A stretch of 32,000 nt of DNA, taken from contig CAZETV010000001.1 in NCBI GenBank assembly GCA_964514965.1, positions 420,001 to 452,000 on the forward strand, read 5' to 3'. Source of the stretch: Candidatus Hadarchaeota archaeon (GTDB lineage Archaea; Hadarchaeota; Hadarchaeia; Hadarchaeales; Hadarchaeaceae). Made by a program: the position numbers and the translations under genes. Position 1 is the first letter of the stretch. Each line of letters starts with the position of its first letter. Below the pieces are notes generated by a model. The model was given only the letters and a program-made list of their open reading frames with translations. It was not told the DNA's origin and made no database searches. Shown piece by piece: positions 14,943 to 24,331 of the stretch.

Positions 14943-17840
14943 TTACTCGATAAAGATCGCCGGCCTCATTGGAACCGCGAGCCTAGCGCGGTCCTGCGGG
15001 TCGTATCTCGCGGCGTCATCGGCTTTGAACACGCGCACCTCTTTCACGTTCAGCTGTTCTCGGATAAATTCGGCGGCATCGAGCAGAACCTGTAATTCAT
15101 CGATCTCGGTTGTTTCCAAGATATCGAGTTCCTCCGAGGGCACACCGCGAAGCTCCTGCATCGTCTGTTGGAGGAACTTCGACAGGTCGGATTTTTGCAA
15201 CCTGAGTCCCAATTTCTCTCCTATTTCCCGAAGCAGCGCGCCGAAGTCAACCTTTCCTCCCCCCACACGCTCCATGGCGATGCGATAAGCCCGCCACTTC
15301 CAGTCTTGCGCAACGTAAAGGCAGACCCGCTTAGGCTTTTCAACTTTTACCACGCGGAGGATTTTTCCTACATCCTCAAGCACTCGTCCGAGGTAGCTTT
15401 CCACCAGCTCAGCCCCCTCGTCGATGAGTCCCTCCTCCACCTTCGGCCAAGGAGCCACCGAGATGAAATCGCCCCCTTTTGCGCGTTCCCAAAGTTCTTC
15501 GCAAATGTGGGGCGTGAACGGGGCGAGCAAACGGAGCCAGACATTGAACACCATCTTAAGCATGTTGGCGCGTGCTTCAGGCTGCTGCGCCCGCTTCATG
15601 TACCATCGCAGATCTTGCATGAGGAAAAAGAAAGCGTGCTGTACGGCCTTGCGAGTCTCGAAAGCTTCGAGCGCTTCGGTCGCCGCTTGAACGTGTCTCT
15701 GGAGCCGGCTCAGCATCCACCGCTCGGGTTGGGCGAAGTTCGGACGTTCCGTCTCGGGCAACTCGAGAATCTCTTCGGCAAATGAGTAAAAGCGCTCCAG
15801 GTTCCTCCTCATCGCCTCAACCTCGCTGGTCCGCCAATCTAAGTTCTGCCAGGGTTCCGCAACCGACATCAAGTAGAGCCGCACCGTGTCAGCACCATAT
15901 TCTCGAACGGCTTCGTTGATCGCGATGATGTTTCCCTTCGACGATGACATCTTCTCCCCCTCGAGCACCGCCATCCCGAACGAAATAATGCCGCGGGGAC
16001 AGAGCCTGGGGAAGAGTATTACGTGATGGAAAATGTGGAAGGTAAGGTGGTTGGGAATCAGCTCGTTCGCCGACATTCGGTAGTCGAGCGGGTACCAGTA
16101 CTCGAACTCACGACGCATCTGTTCAAGGGCCTGCCGATCGATTCCTGTGGAACGAGAAATCGAATCAACACTGCCCTTCCCGTGAAAAACGTAGTCGAAG
16201 ACCTCATCGGTGAGCTTCGCGGGGTCTATGGTTTTGAGAATGTATGCAATCGTATAGTAAGCCATGTATATCGTCGAGTCGCTGAGTGACTCAATTATCC
16301 ACTTGGGATCCCAGGGCGCTGGCGTCCCCATCCCTATGCTGCGAGTGCATGGCCACTCGTGGAGCCATCCGATGGTGTGCTCAAATTGTACTCGCGTCTC
16401 AGGCGGCACCAAATCCATCCGCGCCAAGCAAGCCCGCGCCTTTTCCTTCCAGCCTTCGTCCGCGTAGTTCAGGAACCACTGATCCTCGACAACTTTAACT
16501 GCCACGGGTGTGCCGCATCTACAGACTACCGGTTTTTCCGAGAACTCGTACATCGTGGCAGCCTCGTTGTTAGCCATCATATCATCGCGCACGGCCGTTT
16601 TGGCTCGCGAGACCGGCATGCCCGAGTATTTCGTGACCCAAGAGCGCATTCTACCTTTCGCAAACTCGTTTCGATAGACCTCAGCAGTAGCTTCTTCGAG
16701 GCGGGAGTCTGTTTGGTCCTTGATTCCAATTCGATTAACGACATCTATCGCAGGAGACTCGCCGAATCCTTCGACCTCGATGAGTGAGATGGGCTTTAGT
16801 CCTTTCACATCACTGGGATTTACCCCGTGAGCTTTGAGTGTGTCCGGGTGTTTTTGGAGTTCGAGTAGAGCGACGTGATCGTAAGGAGCATGTGATGGAA
16901 CAGACCCAACCACTCCTGTAGCATTGTCCGGGTCAACGAATTTAGCAGGCAGGATTGGGACCCGCTTGTGGGTAAGCGGAACTTCAACTTCTCTACCGAA
17001 ATTTATCTGAATCGGTGAAACCTCGCCAACCTGATATCCTTGCTCACGTAACTTCTCGACTGCTTGCTCACTCACGATCCATTTCTCGCCGTTCACTTGA
17101 GCGCCAACATATTTCACATCAGGATTGAACCAAAGATTCGTGACTCCAAAAACAGTTTCGGGGCGAAGCGTGGCAGCGGGGAGCACGTAGTCATCAACTC
17201 TATATTTCAACAAAGTGAACTCGACTATCCCAACACCCTCACCTTCAAGCAAATCGTGGTCGGTCACAGGGTTCCCACAGCCCGGACACCACTTCACTGG
17301 GTGCTTGCCTTTGACGATTAAGCCCATGTCGTACAGCTTGTGATATTGCCATGTGATGAATTTGCTGTAGGAAAGGTCGACGGTGGTGAACTCCCGCCGC
17401 CAGTCGATTGAATAACCCAACCATTCCATTCCTTTTCGGTAACTCAACTCGCTCTCGCGGGCGAAGTAGGTTGCGAAATAGTAGGGGTCTTCGAACTTTG
17501 ACAGTTCGGACTCGACAACTCCATAGCGTTCGGTGAGCATCCGCACGAAGCTCGGTTCCCGGCGGGCAACCCGCTTGGCGGCCCCAACAATTGGGGTTCC
17601 TGTGAAGTGCCACGCCATCGGGAAAAGTACATTGTAACCCCGCATGCGCTTATATCGGGCGATTATATCTGACACAGTGTAGGTACGACCGTGGCCGATA
17701 TGCATGGGGCCAGAGACGTACGGATAGGCGACGGTCAAGTAGAACTTGGGCTTATCACTGGGCTTGGCATCAAAGAGCTTTACTTTACGCCACTCTTCGT
17801 GCCATTTTGTTTCTATTTCCCGCCAGTTTACTATAGTCAT
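14943..17840 (-). CDS. leuS: Leucyl-tRNA synthetase (archaeal type)
   Basis: HIGH-class motif PMHIGHGRTY, KMSKS variant KMSSSKGN, 965 aa, archaeal LeuRS-like N-terminus (WREIETKWHEEW). Confidence 0.95.
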   Translation of the reverse strand: MTIVNWREIETKWHEEWRKVKLFDAKPSDKPKFYLTVAYPYVSGPMHIGHGRTYTVSDIIARYKRMRGYNVLFPMAWHFTGTPIVGAAKRVARREPSFVRMLTERYGVVESELSKFEDPYYFATYFARESELSYRKGMEWLGYSIDWRREFTTVDLSYSKFITWQYHKLYDMGLIVKGKHPVKWCPGCGNPVTDHDLLEGEGVGIVEFTLLKYRVDDYVLPAATLRPETVFGVTNLWFNPDVKYVGAQVNGEKWIVSEQAVEKLREQGYQVGEVSPIQINFGREVEVPLTHKRVPILPAKFVDPDNATGVVGSVPSHAPYDHVALLELQKHPDTLKAHGVNPSDVKGLKPISLIEVEGFGESPAIDVVNRIGIKDQTDSRLEEATAEVYRNEFAKGRMRSWVTKYSGMPVSRAKTAVRDDMMANNEAATMYEFSEKPVVCRCGTPVAVKVVEDQWFLNYADEGWKEKARACLARMDLVPPETRVQFEHTIGWLHEWPCTRSIGMGTPAPWDPKWIIESLSDSTIYMAYYTIAYILKTIDPAKLTDEVFDYVFHGKGSVDSISRSTGIDRQALEQMRREFEYWYPLDYRMSANELIPNHLTFHIFHHVILFPRLCPRGIISFGMAVLEGEKMSSSKGNIIAINEAVREYGADTVRLYLMSVAEPWQNLDWRTSEVEAMRRNLERFYSFAEEILELPETERPNFAQPERWMLSRLQRHVQAATEALEAFETRKAVQHAFFFLMQDLRWYMKRAQQPEARANMLKMVFNVWLRLLAPFTPHICEELWERAKGGDFISVAPWPKVEEGLIDEGAELVESYLGRVLEDVGKILRVVKVEKPKRVCLYVAQDWKWRAYRIAMERVGGGKVDFGALLREIGEKLGLRLQKSDLSKFLQQTMQELRGVPSEELDILETTEIDELQVLLDAAEFIREQLNVKEVRVFKADDAARYDPQDRARLAVPMRPAIFIE

Positions 17841-17995
17841 GATTTATCCTTGTTTAATCGAGAATAAAAATTCTGCAGGCGCTCCTCTGACCGTGTCCAC
17901 ATTTTACATTTCTCAATATTTATCTAACAGATTAGGATACTACTCGTGGCCCCGCCAGAGTTTTTATACAAAGCTTGATGATGCGCAGCAGTCCC

Positions 17996-20788
17996 TCAAC
18001 ACGCTTGTTGCGTCTCACATACTTCAAGTGCTTTTCGGAGCGCGGCGATCAAATAATCCCCTTTCGGGCCGCCTCCTTGACCGAGTCCTGGTTTTCCACC
18101 GCCACCGCCGCCCAGCACCTTCGCGGTTTCGGCAGCTATCGCGCCGCAGTCAGCCCCCGCACGCACGGCTTCTTCTCCAGCCATCACCACAATCCTAGCT
18201 GTTGCATCGCGCACGCCAAGCACAACAACCAGCCTTTTATCTACCCGCGTCAGGGCTCTCGCGATTTTGATTAACTGATCCGTACTGGCGCCCTCAATCT
18301 CCTCGCATATCGCTTGCACCCTCCCCACCTGCTTGATTTTCGACCGCAGTTCGGTGACCCGGAGCTCAGCCAGCCGACCGCGTAAACTGTCGAGCTCCTT
18401 CTGCAGTGCCTTCCACTCGTCAAAGAGCTGCTGAGCCGCTGCCGCCGTTCGCTCGGGCGTGGCACGCAGGATTTCTGCCGCTTTGGCGAGTTGCCGCTCT
18501 TGTGCTTGCACGAACTTCAGCGCGGCATCTCCAACAGCAAACTCGACCCGCTCGACACCATCTTGAATCCGTTCGGTTCGTGTAATTTTTATAAAACCAA
18601 CTTCACCCGTGCGCGAACAATGAGTTCCGGCGCAAGCTTGAGTATTCCAACCCTCAGCTTCTACCACCCTAATTTTCTTTCCCGGCACGATTCCTCCTTG
18701 GTAAAGGTCGAAACCGTACTTTCGCTCGGCCTGATTTCGATCCATCCACTCAGTGTTCACTGGGCGGTTCTCCATCACTATCTCGTTCGCCAAATGTTCG
18801 ATTTCCCGCAGCTCCTTGGGCTCAATGCGCTTGAAGTGGGAGATGTCCAATCGTGTGCGCTCGACCCCCTTCTGTACCCCGTGCTGCCAGATGTGGTCAC
18901 CAAGCACTCGTCGGGCCGCCCCAAGCAGAATGTGAGTCCCGGTGTGGTGACGCATGAGAGCGCTGCGACGAGCCCAATCAATCTGCCCATGCACAAATTG
19001 CCCCATCTTAAAAGGATTCGGCTTCACGCGGTGCAGGATTATGTCACCATATTTTTTGACATCCACAACCTCGACCCTGGTTTTCCTGGCTTCAAGCGAC
19101 CCAACATCGCTCGGCTGCCCTCCACCTTCCGGGTAAAATAAAGTTTGGTCGAGCACGACGTAATCATCTATTGTCCGCAACACTTTCGCTTTGAATTCCC
19201 GAGCGTATGGGTCTTTGTAGTAAATGGTTTTCGTCGGGGAGAGGCGGTTGAGTTTCTCCTTCGAGACAGGAGCCGCGGCTGCGGGCACACGTCTGGTTCG
19301 ACTGTGAGATTTCGCAACCTTGATGTAAAAATCATCCGGAACCTCCACCACAACATCAGCCTTACTAGCAACCTCTTTCACGATGTCAGGCGGGAGCCCG
19401 TGACTATCATAGAGTTCGATGAGTTTCCCCGATGAAATGGGTTTACCCTCCGCGCGGAGCCCTCCCGCGAGTCGCTCAACCAGCTTGCTCCCCCGCAAAA
19501 TTGCGTCCCGGTAGCGCCGTTCCTCGAGCCCGATTACATCCAAAATATAATCCTCCCGTTCTTTCAGCTCGGGGAACTGAGGCGTGAGCTGCTTGAGTTC
19601 GAGTGCTATTAGTTCCGCGAGCGGCGTTCTTAGTCCCAGCTCCCGAAGCAAACGTAGGGTGCGCCTGAGTACGACGCGCGCGAGGTATCCTTCCTTGACA
19701 TTGCTTGGGGTTATCCTATCCCCAAACATGAACGCCAGACATCTCAGGTGGTCAGCAATTGCGTAGACGGCCTCGACCGAAACCAAGAGTTTATCCAACT
19801 CTTCAACACTCACACCCGTGCGGGCTGCGACCCTTTTCCGAAGCATGAGGAGGTCTCGCCCCGTCTCGATGTCCATTAGCCCGGCGAGTTTTGAGTTTTG
19901 TTCAAGTACGTCAGCTGGAGGCATGCGAATTCCAGCCAACTTGCACAACTGTTCAATCACCGGCCCGAGGATAGCATCATAGCTCGAAGCGACGCCTTGC
20001 GAGATCCAAGCTAATCGTTCCAATCCATAACCAGTATCGACAATCTTCAGAGGGAGCGGCGCATATTTGCCGTCCTTGTTTACATATTGCATGAACACGA
20101 GCGTCGCGAGCTCCAGCCCGCGCACGTTTACTTCAAAGTCTTCTCCAGCGTTTCCTCCACCCTCCCAGAAGTCCTGGATGTAGGAGATTTCATTGGGACG
20201 AATTCCCAGCTCTTTAGTCAAGAACTCATGGCAGAGGGCAACGGTTTCATCATTCCAATAGATGCGTTGGCGGCGGGAGTTGAATGCGTGGTGACCGCCC
20301 ATGAAGAAAAGCGTGAAGTGTCGCCCCGAGCGCCCGACATTGTCGATATCCTTTAGGCGGATACTGGGCTGGCTCACAACGAGGGGGTTTGCTGGAGGTG
20401 GAACCAAGCCGCTCGTTACCCAAGGCTGAAAGTCTGCAATCGAGGCAATCGTGAGGAAGATGTCGTCGCGCCACCGGGCTACGACTGGGTAGCGCTTGAT
20501 TACCTCGTGCCCCCGGCGCCCGAAGAACTTCAAAAATGAGCGTTCAATCTCAGCGAGCGAATATTTCCGTTTTGTAGGAGGCGCGTTAATGAATTTGTAT
20601 TCGTCACAAGGTGTGTCACCGCAGGTCTTCCGCCCTGACTCAAGCGTCCAGAAAGTGCGCCCACAGCTCTGGCATTGCCTGCGCTCGAAGCCCTCCCGCT
20701 TGAAAAGGGCCACCTTGTATATATCCCTCACTCTCCCCACCAAGCAAATATCAAGGTGTAGGTTAAAAGTTTCGCCGGTCGAAGCCAC
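17996..20788 (-). CDS. alaS: Alanyl-tRNA synthetase (archaeal type)
   Basis: It has the archaeal AlaRS N-terminal zinc-ribbon pattern FKREGFERRQCQSCGRTFWT...CGDTPCDEYKFI, the editing-domain HTGTHIL, and a C-terminal GGGGGKPGLGQGGG. The start is ambiguous: GTG at 20788 (ORF track) or GTG at 20731 (MRDIYKVALFKREGF), which fits the N-terminal length I recall for archaeal AlaRS better. Confidence 0.95.
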   Translation of the reverse strand: MASTGETFNLHLDICLVGRVRDIYKVALFKREGFERRQCQSCGRTFWTLESGRKTCGDTPCDEYKFINAPPTKRKYSLAEIERSFLKFFGRRGHEVIKRYPVVARWRDDIFLTIASIADFQPWVTSGLVPPPANPLVVSQPSIRLKDIDNVGRSGRHFTLFFMGGHHAFNSRRQRIYWNDETVALCHEFLTKELGIRPNEISYIQDFWEGGGNAGEDFEVNVRGLELATLVFMQYVNKDGKYAPLPLKIVDTGYGLERLAWISQGVASSYDAILGPVIEQLCKLAGIRMPPADVLEQNSKLAGLMDIETGRDLLMLRKRVAARTGVSVEELDKLLVSVEAVYAIADHLRCLAFMFGDRITPSNVKEGYLARVVLRRTLRLLRELGLRTPLAELIALELKQLTPQFPELKEREDYILDVIGLEERRYRDAILRGSKLVERLAGGLRAEGKPISSGKLIELYDSHGLPPDIVKEVASKADVVVEVPDDFYIKVAKSHSRTRRVPAAAAPVSKEKLNRLSPTKTIYYKDPYAREFKAKVLRTIDDYVVLDQTLFYPEGGGQPSDVGSLEARKTRVEVVDVKKYGDIILHRVKPNPFKMGQFVHGQIDWARRSALMRHHTGTHILLGAARRVLGDHIWQHGVQKGVERTRLDISHFKRIEPKELREIEHLANEIVMENRPVNTEWMDRNQAERKYGFDLYQGGIVPGKKIRVVEAEGWNTQACAGTHCSRTGEVGFIKITRTERIQDGVERVEFAVGDAALKFVQAQERQLAKAAEILRATPERTAAAAQQLFDEWKALQKELDSLRGRLAELRVTELRSKIKQVGRVQAICEEIEGASTDQLIKIARALTRVDKRLVVVLGVRDATARIVVMAGEEAVRAGADCGAIAAETAKVLGGGGGGKPGLGQGGGPKGDYLIAALRKALEVCETQQAC

Positions 20789-20826
20789 ACGAGTTTATCC
20801 AAGAAAAATTAGAGGTTGGACTTGCA

Positions 20827-21126
20827 TCAACCGAACAGCGCGCCAAGTCCTGCCAAAGCTTCCTCTTCTTTTTTCTCCTCTTCAACTTTCTTCTCTTCTT
20901 TCTTTTCTTCGGCCTTTGCTGGAGCCGCCGCCGGTGCAGCTACTGCAGGAACTGCCGCACTCTTGATTGCTTCTTCGATATTCACTCCTTCAAGCGCTGA
21001 GACCAAGGCCTTTATCCTAGCCTCGTCAACCTGCACTCCCGCTGCTTTGAGGATGTTCAATAGGCTAGCCTCGTCCACCTTCTTACCAGCCGAGTGCAGC
21101 AAAAGAGCCGCATGCACGTATTCCAT
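20827..21126 (-). CDS. rpl12: Ribosomal stalk protein P1 (aP1 / L12e)
   Basis: [17 protein letters not shown]...Ala/Pro hinge...[17 protein letters not shown], a canonical archaeal P1 with the conserved C-terminal tail. Confidence 0.92.
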   Translation of the reverse strand: MEYVHAALLLHSAGKKVDEASLLNILKAAGVQVDEARIKALVSALEGVNIEEAIKSAAVPAVAAPAAAPAKAEEKKEEKKVEEEKKEEEALAGLGALFG

Positions 21127-21204
21127 GTTAATCCCTTTCGTTCTTGTGAATACTCCAATATAAATCTTAAAGTGTGGGAATTACTCGCCCATACAGTGAC
21201 TAAG

Positions 21205-22173
21205 TTAGTCTTTTTTATCCATAGATTTGGGCTTCTCCTCGGACTTTGCCTCTGGCGCCGGCGAGATTCCAAGCATGCCCTTAAGTTCCTCGTCGAGCGC
21301 TTTTTCATCTTTAGAGTGAACGGATGCGGCTAGACCAAGCATTTCAGAATAAGCGCTATTCAACAGTGACGGCATGACTTCCGAGATGGGCAAACACGCA
21401 TTCAGCGCCAAGTTGCGTGCAGCAACGCCAGCTTTCGAGATCATTATTCCAATTGTAACACTTGTTGGATAGTCCACGTTTATTGCGAGATTCACTGCAC
21501 TGACGCAAGCGAGCTGGAGTTGTCCGACGGCTTTTGCCTCGTCGAACTCGAGCACTTCGCCCGAAAATATCATGCCTGCCTCGTATACGGCTCGGAGCTT
21601 CAACCCAAGCTCAAGCGGATGGATGCCGAACTTCGTAAGCGCATCGGCGACCCCTTTAGATATCACATCCCCCTCCTTCAAAAGTTGGCAATCCTCGAGG
21701 ATTACGATCTTTCCTGCTTGGATTCTAGCCTCGATGCCCACACGCTGGAGTTCCCCGACTACGGGCCCTGGGGCGAAACCAGTTTCTCCAGCAGGGATTA
21801 CGATATCCTTTGGTGACTTCGACCCAGGCTTCGCGGGGGCACTGGTCTTGCTTTCACGAAGAACCTTGCTAAGCTTGAACGGGCCCACGCGCGCAAGGAT
21901 AAGCGCTGTTGGTCCCCGCAAGTGATTGATGAGCTCTTGGAGTTTGGGGTCTTTTCGCTCAGCCACCCGATCGAGCGAGAGCTTCAACAAAGTGTTTTTG
22001 GAGACGATAATCTCGGCTTGTTCCCTCAACTTCTGGCGCATTTGCTGGAACTGCGAGGCTGGAAGATCCGCGATGTCGAGTATCCCAACCACCGGGTAGC
22101 GCTCTAGCTTCTCGACGAGTTCGCCGACGACTTCCTGCTTCCAAGGCGCAATTTTTTCAGTTTTCACCACCAT
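21205..22173 (-). CDS. rplP0: Ribosomal stalk protein P0 (L10 / uL10)
   Basis: IAPWKQEVVGELVEKLERYPVVGILDIADLPASQFQQMRQKLREQAEIIVSKNTL matches the archaeal P0 N-terminus. It sits between L1 and P1. Confidence 0.9.
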   Translation of the reverse strand: MVVKTEKIAPWKQEVVGELVEKLERYPVVGILDIADLPASQFQQMRQKLREQAEIIVSKNTLLKLSLDRVAERKDPKLQELINHLRGPTALILARVGPFKLSKVLRESKTSAPAKPGSKSPKDIVIPAGETGFAPGPVVGELQRVGIEARIQAGKIVILEDCQLLKEGDVISKGVADALTKFGIHPLELGLKLRAVYEAGMIFSGEVLEFDEAKAVGQLQLACVSAVNLAINVDYPTSVTIGIMISKAGVAARNLALNACLPISEVMPSLLNSAYSEMLGLAASVHSKDEKALDEELKGMLGISPAPEAKSEEKPKSMDKKD

Positions 22174-22176
22174 TCA

Positions 22177-22824
22177 TCACACCTCAACCCTAACTGGTTT
22201 CCCCATTGTTGTCTTGAGATGGATCGAGCGCACCTTGCTGAGGCCCTCCAACTTGTGTTCGACTGCGTCAAGCACCGTCCGCGCATTCGCCACGAGTTCT
22301 TCATCGCTCATGTTTTCAACACCGATGTGGGCATGCAAGGTCGGCTGGTTCTTAGTTCGCACCTTCAGGGTTTTCTTGAGACGATCAATAAGTGGCTTCG
22401 GGTCGACCGTTGATGGAACCGGTTTAGGCATTTTCCCCCTCGGCCCCAATATAGGTCCGAGAGATTTTCCTATTATGACCATAAAATCAGCCTGAGCTAG
22501 GAAAAAATGAAATTCATCGGCTAGCTTTTTCATCTGCTTTCGATCCTGCTTGATAGTTTCGATGTCCGCGCGTCCAAGCACAAGGTCTGCGCCAGCATCA
22601 CGCGCCTTACTTATAAATTCCCCCTCCCCGAAGACGCCCACCTTGTATGGCTTGCCGACTTCGTGGGGAAGGACAATGTCTAGGTCAATACGCCCCTCCG
22701 GCTTCTTAGGATCGATATCTCTCAAATTAATCGATAGGTCGATACCCTGCACAAATTTTCGCTGACTGCTGTTTTCCCGTATCAGCTTAACTGCCTTGAG
22801 CAAGTTTTCATCTGAAACTGGCAT
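22177..22824 (-). CDS. rpl1: 50S ribosomal protein L1 (uL1)
   Basis: It has the typical uL1 length and sequence pattern, and lies in the conserved L11-L1-P0-P1 order. Its start overlaps the L11 stop (TAATG). Confidence 0.93.
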   Translation of the reverse strand: MPVSDENLLKAVKLIRENSSQRKFVQGIDLSINLRDIDPKKPEGRIDLDIVLPHEVGKPYKVGVFGEGEFISKARDAGADLVLGRADIETIKQDRKQMKKLADEFHFFLAQADFMVIIGKSLGPILGPRGKMPKPVPSTVDPKPLIDRLKKTLKVRTKNQPTLHAHIGVENMSDEELVANARTVLDAVEHKLEGLSKVRSIHLKTTMGKPVRVEV

Positions 22825-23303
22825 TATTTCAGCACCTCTTCGTATTTTCCTTCGTCCATCTCGCGTTGCACCTCGCGAGCATCTTTGCCTTCAACTGTAA
22901 CACCCGCACTCACACACGTCCCGAGAACTTCTTTGACTGCAGCTTTCAATCCTTTTGCTAGCGTGCCTTTAAGTTTCAGCTTCGCGATTTCGACCGCTTG
23001 AGTGAGGGCGAGATTTCCGACGACTTCCGTGCCAGAAGTTTTAGCTCCTTTCTCTAGACCTAATTTCTTTTTAATCAGCGCGGCGATAGGTGGCGAGCCG
23101 ACTTCGATTTCAAATTGTTTTGTCTTCTTGTCTACGACCACAGTCACAGGAACCTTCATGCCCTCGAAAGTTGAAGTCTTTTCATTTATCTTCGCTACCA
23201 CCTGACCGATGTTGATGCCGAGCGGACCTAAGGCTGGACCTAAGGGTGGACCAGCGCTGGCTTTTCCCCCATCGACTAACACCTTGACTCTCGATTCCAT
23301 CAC
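22824..23303 (-). CDS. rpl11: 50S ribosomal protein L11 (uL11)
   Basis: VLVDGGKASAGPPLGPALGPLGINIGQVV is the hallmark uL11 N-terminal domain. Confidence 0.95.
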   Translation of the reverse strand: MMESRVKVLVDGGKASAGPPLGPALGPLGINIGQVVAKINEKTSTFEGMKVPVTVVVDKKTKQFEIEVGSPPIAALIKKKLGLEKGAKTSGTEVVGNLALTQAVEIAKLKLKGTLAKGLKAAVKEVLGTCVSAGVTVEGKDAREVQREMDEGKYEEVLK

Positions 23304-23358
23304 AATCGCCTCACTTAAACGATATGTGCAATACCCTCAAAAGTAGGCTCCGCACGTT

Positions 23359-23380
23359 AAAAAAAGCTGTGGTGCAGCTT
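23359..23380 (-). terminator. Hairpin plus T7 tract immediately after the OB-fold gene stop, between the spt5 unit and L11
   Basis: The minus strand reads AAGCTG-CACCA-CAGCTT followed by TTTTTTT. The stem is 23380-23375 / 23369-23364 and the T-run is 23365-23359. Confidence 0.5.
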
Positions 23381-23381
23381 A

Positions 23382-23672
23382 CTACTCGACGATTTCAAGT
23401 TTACCGTACATGCCCGCGCTGACATGGACCTCATCGCGGAAGAGCCTTGAATAGCCGTTGCGGATTCGAACCTTAGAACCTACTTTGACAAGTTCGGTAT
23501 CTTTGTTCCAAAGCGAGATTTTTATTCGCCCAGAGTCGTCCTCTCCGATTGCGGTGGTCACCTTACCTTCGCGTCCAGCTCGGCTGAGATACGGGCGCGG
23601 CTCTTCTATCTCCACGATTTTCAAATCCAGATCGATGCGTCGCATTCCCGGCTTTACATCGCTTGCCTTCAT
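23382..23672 (-). CDS. Small OB-fold nucleic-acid-binding protein (SSB / hSSB1-NABP-like single OB domain)
   Basis: The 96-aa pattern VKPGMRRIDLDLKIVEIEEPR...GKVTTAIGEDDSGRIKISLWNKDTELVKVGSKVRIRNGYSRLFRDEVHVSAG..GKLE resembles the single-OB layout (L.PG...v.l...V........g....gDeTG.I.l.lW.......G..v.i.ng......g.l.L). Its ATG overlaps the spt5 stop (ATGA, 23672-23669). Confidence 0.6.
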   Translation of the reverse strand: MKASDVKPGMRRIDLDLKIVEIEEPRPYLSRAGREGKVTTAIGEDDSGRIKISLWNKDTELVKVGSKVRIRNGYSRLFRDEVHVSAGMYGKLEIVE

Positions 23673-24148
23673 TTAGATTCCTCCCCTTTCTCCTTTTTCT
23701 GGATTACTTTCACAAAGTCACTTCGAACTGTGACAGGAATTGGGACGGTTGCCTCGAAAAGCTCGACAGTTATCTCCTCCCTCCCCTCGTCAACCCTGAT
23801 TATTCGTGCTCGCTCTCCTCTGAAAGGACCGGAGGTGTGCTCGACGATGTCCCCGACTTCCATACCCATGACGGTCGGCTTCGGCTCGAGAAAACTTTCA
23901 ATCTCGCCCATAGGGATTCCCCCTGGGATGACGCCCTTCGCGTGCTTGATACCGACCCGAGCCTGATCTACAGCAGATTTGCCGGCGGCCTCGACAAACA
24001 CGTAGCCCCTTATTCCTGGGAGCGAGAGCACGACCTTAATTGGCAAGTTGAAATTTTTCGCACGCGTCACGATCATATCCGCTGTGTTCTTCTCCTGACC
24101 TATAGTCGATCGGATTGCGAATACGTCTGGCTTCTGGATTTCCTCCAT
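23669..24148 (-). CDS. spt5: Transcription elongation factor Spt5 (archaeal NusG)
   Basis: It has an NGN domain (VFAIRSTIGQEKNTADMI...GYVFVEA) and a KOW motif (VGDIVEHTSGPFRGERARIIRVD). It lies in the conserved secE-spt5-L11 context. Confidence 0.9.
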   Translation of the reverse strand: MEEIQKPDVFAIRSTIGQEKNTADMIVTRAKNFNLPIKVVLSLPGIRGYVFVEAAGKSAVDQARVGIKHAKGVIPGGIPMGEIESFLEPKPTVMGMEVGDIVEHTSGPFRGERARIIRVDEGREEITVELFEATVPIPVTVRSDFVKVIQKKEKGEESK

Positions 24149-24157
24149 TTGATCACC

Positions 24158-24331
24158 TTACGCTGCTGGTGTCGCGCCGAAAAAAACTCCGACGAGCATT
24201 ATCAAAAACCCCACGAAACCTATGAGCATGATCCCTAACCCAGTGATTTTCGCTACTTGCAAGTATTCGTTTTTGTCTGGCTTCCGCGCTATCCGCAGCA
24301 CGCGTTTACAGTTAGATAAAAATTTTCGCAT
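24158..24331 (-). CDS. secE: Preprotein translocase subunit SecE (Sec61-gamma)
   Basis: This 57-aa ORF is below the ORF-track cutoff and I translated it by hand: MRKFLSNCKRVLRIARKPDKNEYLQVAKITGLGIMLIGFVGFLIMLVGVFFGATPAA. The KP.K.EYL.VAK.T.LGI motif plus a single TM helix matches archaeal SecE. Its ATG directly abuts the ftsZ stop (TAGATG). Confidence 0.85.
   Translation of the reverse strand: MRKFLSNCKRVLRIARKPDKNEYLQVAKITGLGIMLIGFVGFLIMLVGVFFGATPAA

Noticed and set aside
14943-20788. Checked the large LeuRS (965 aa) and AlaRS (930 aa) genes for inteins or insertions.
   Set aside because: The lengths are normal for archaeal enzymes and no intein splice-junction or endonuclease blocks were seen.
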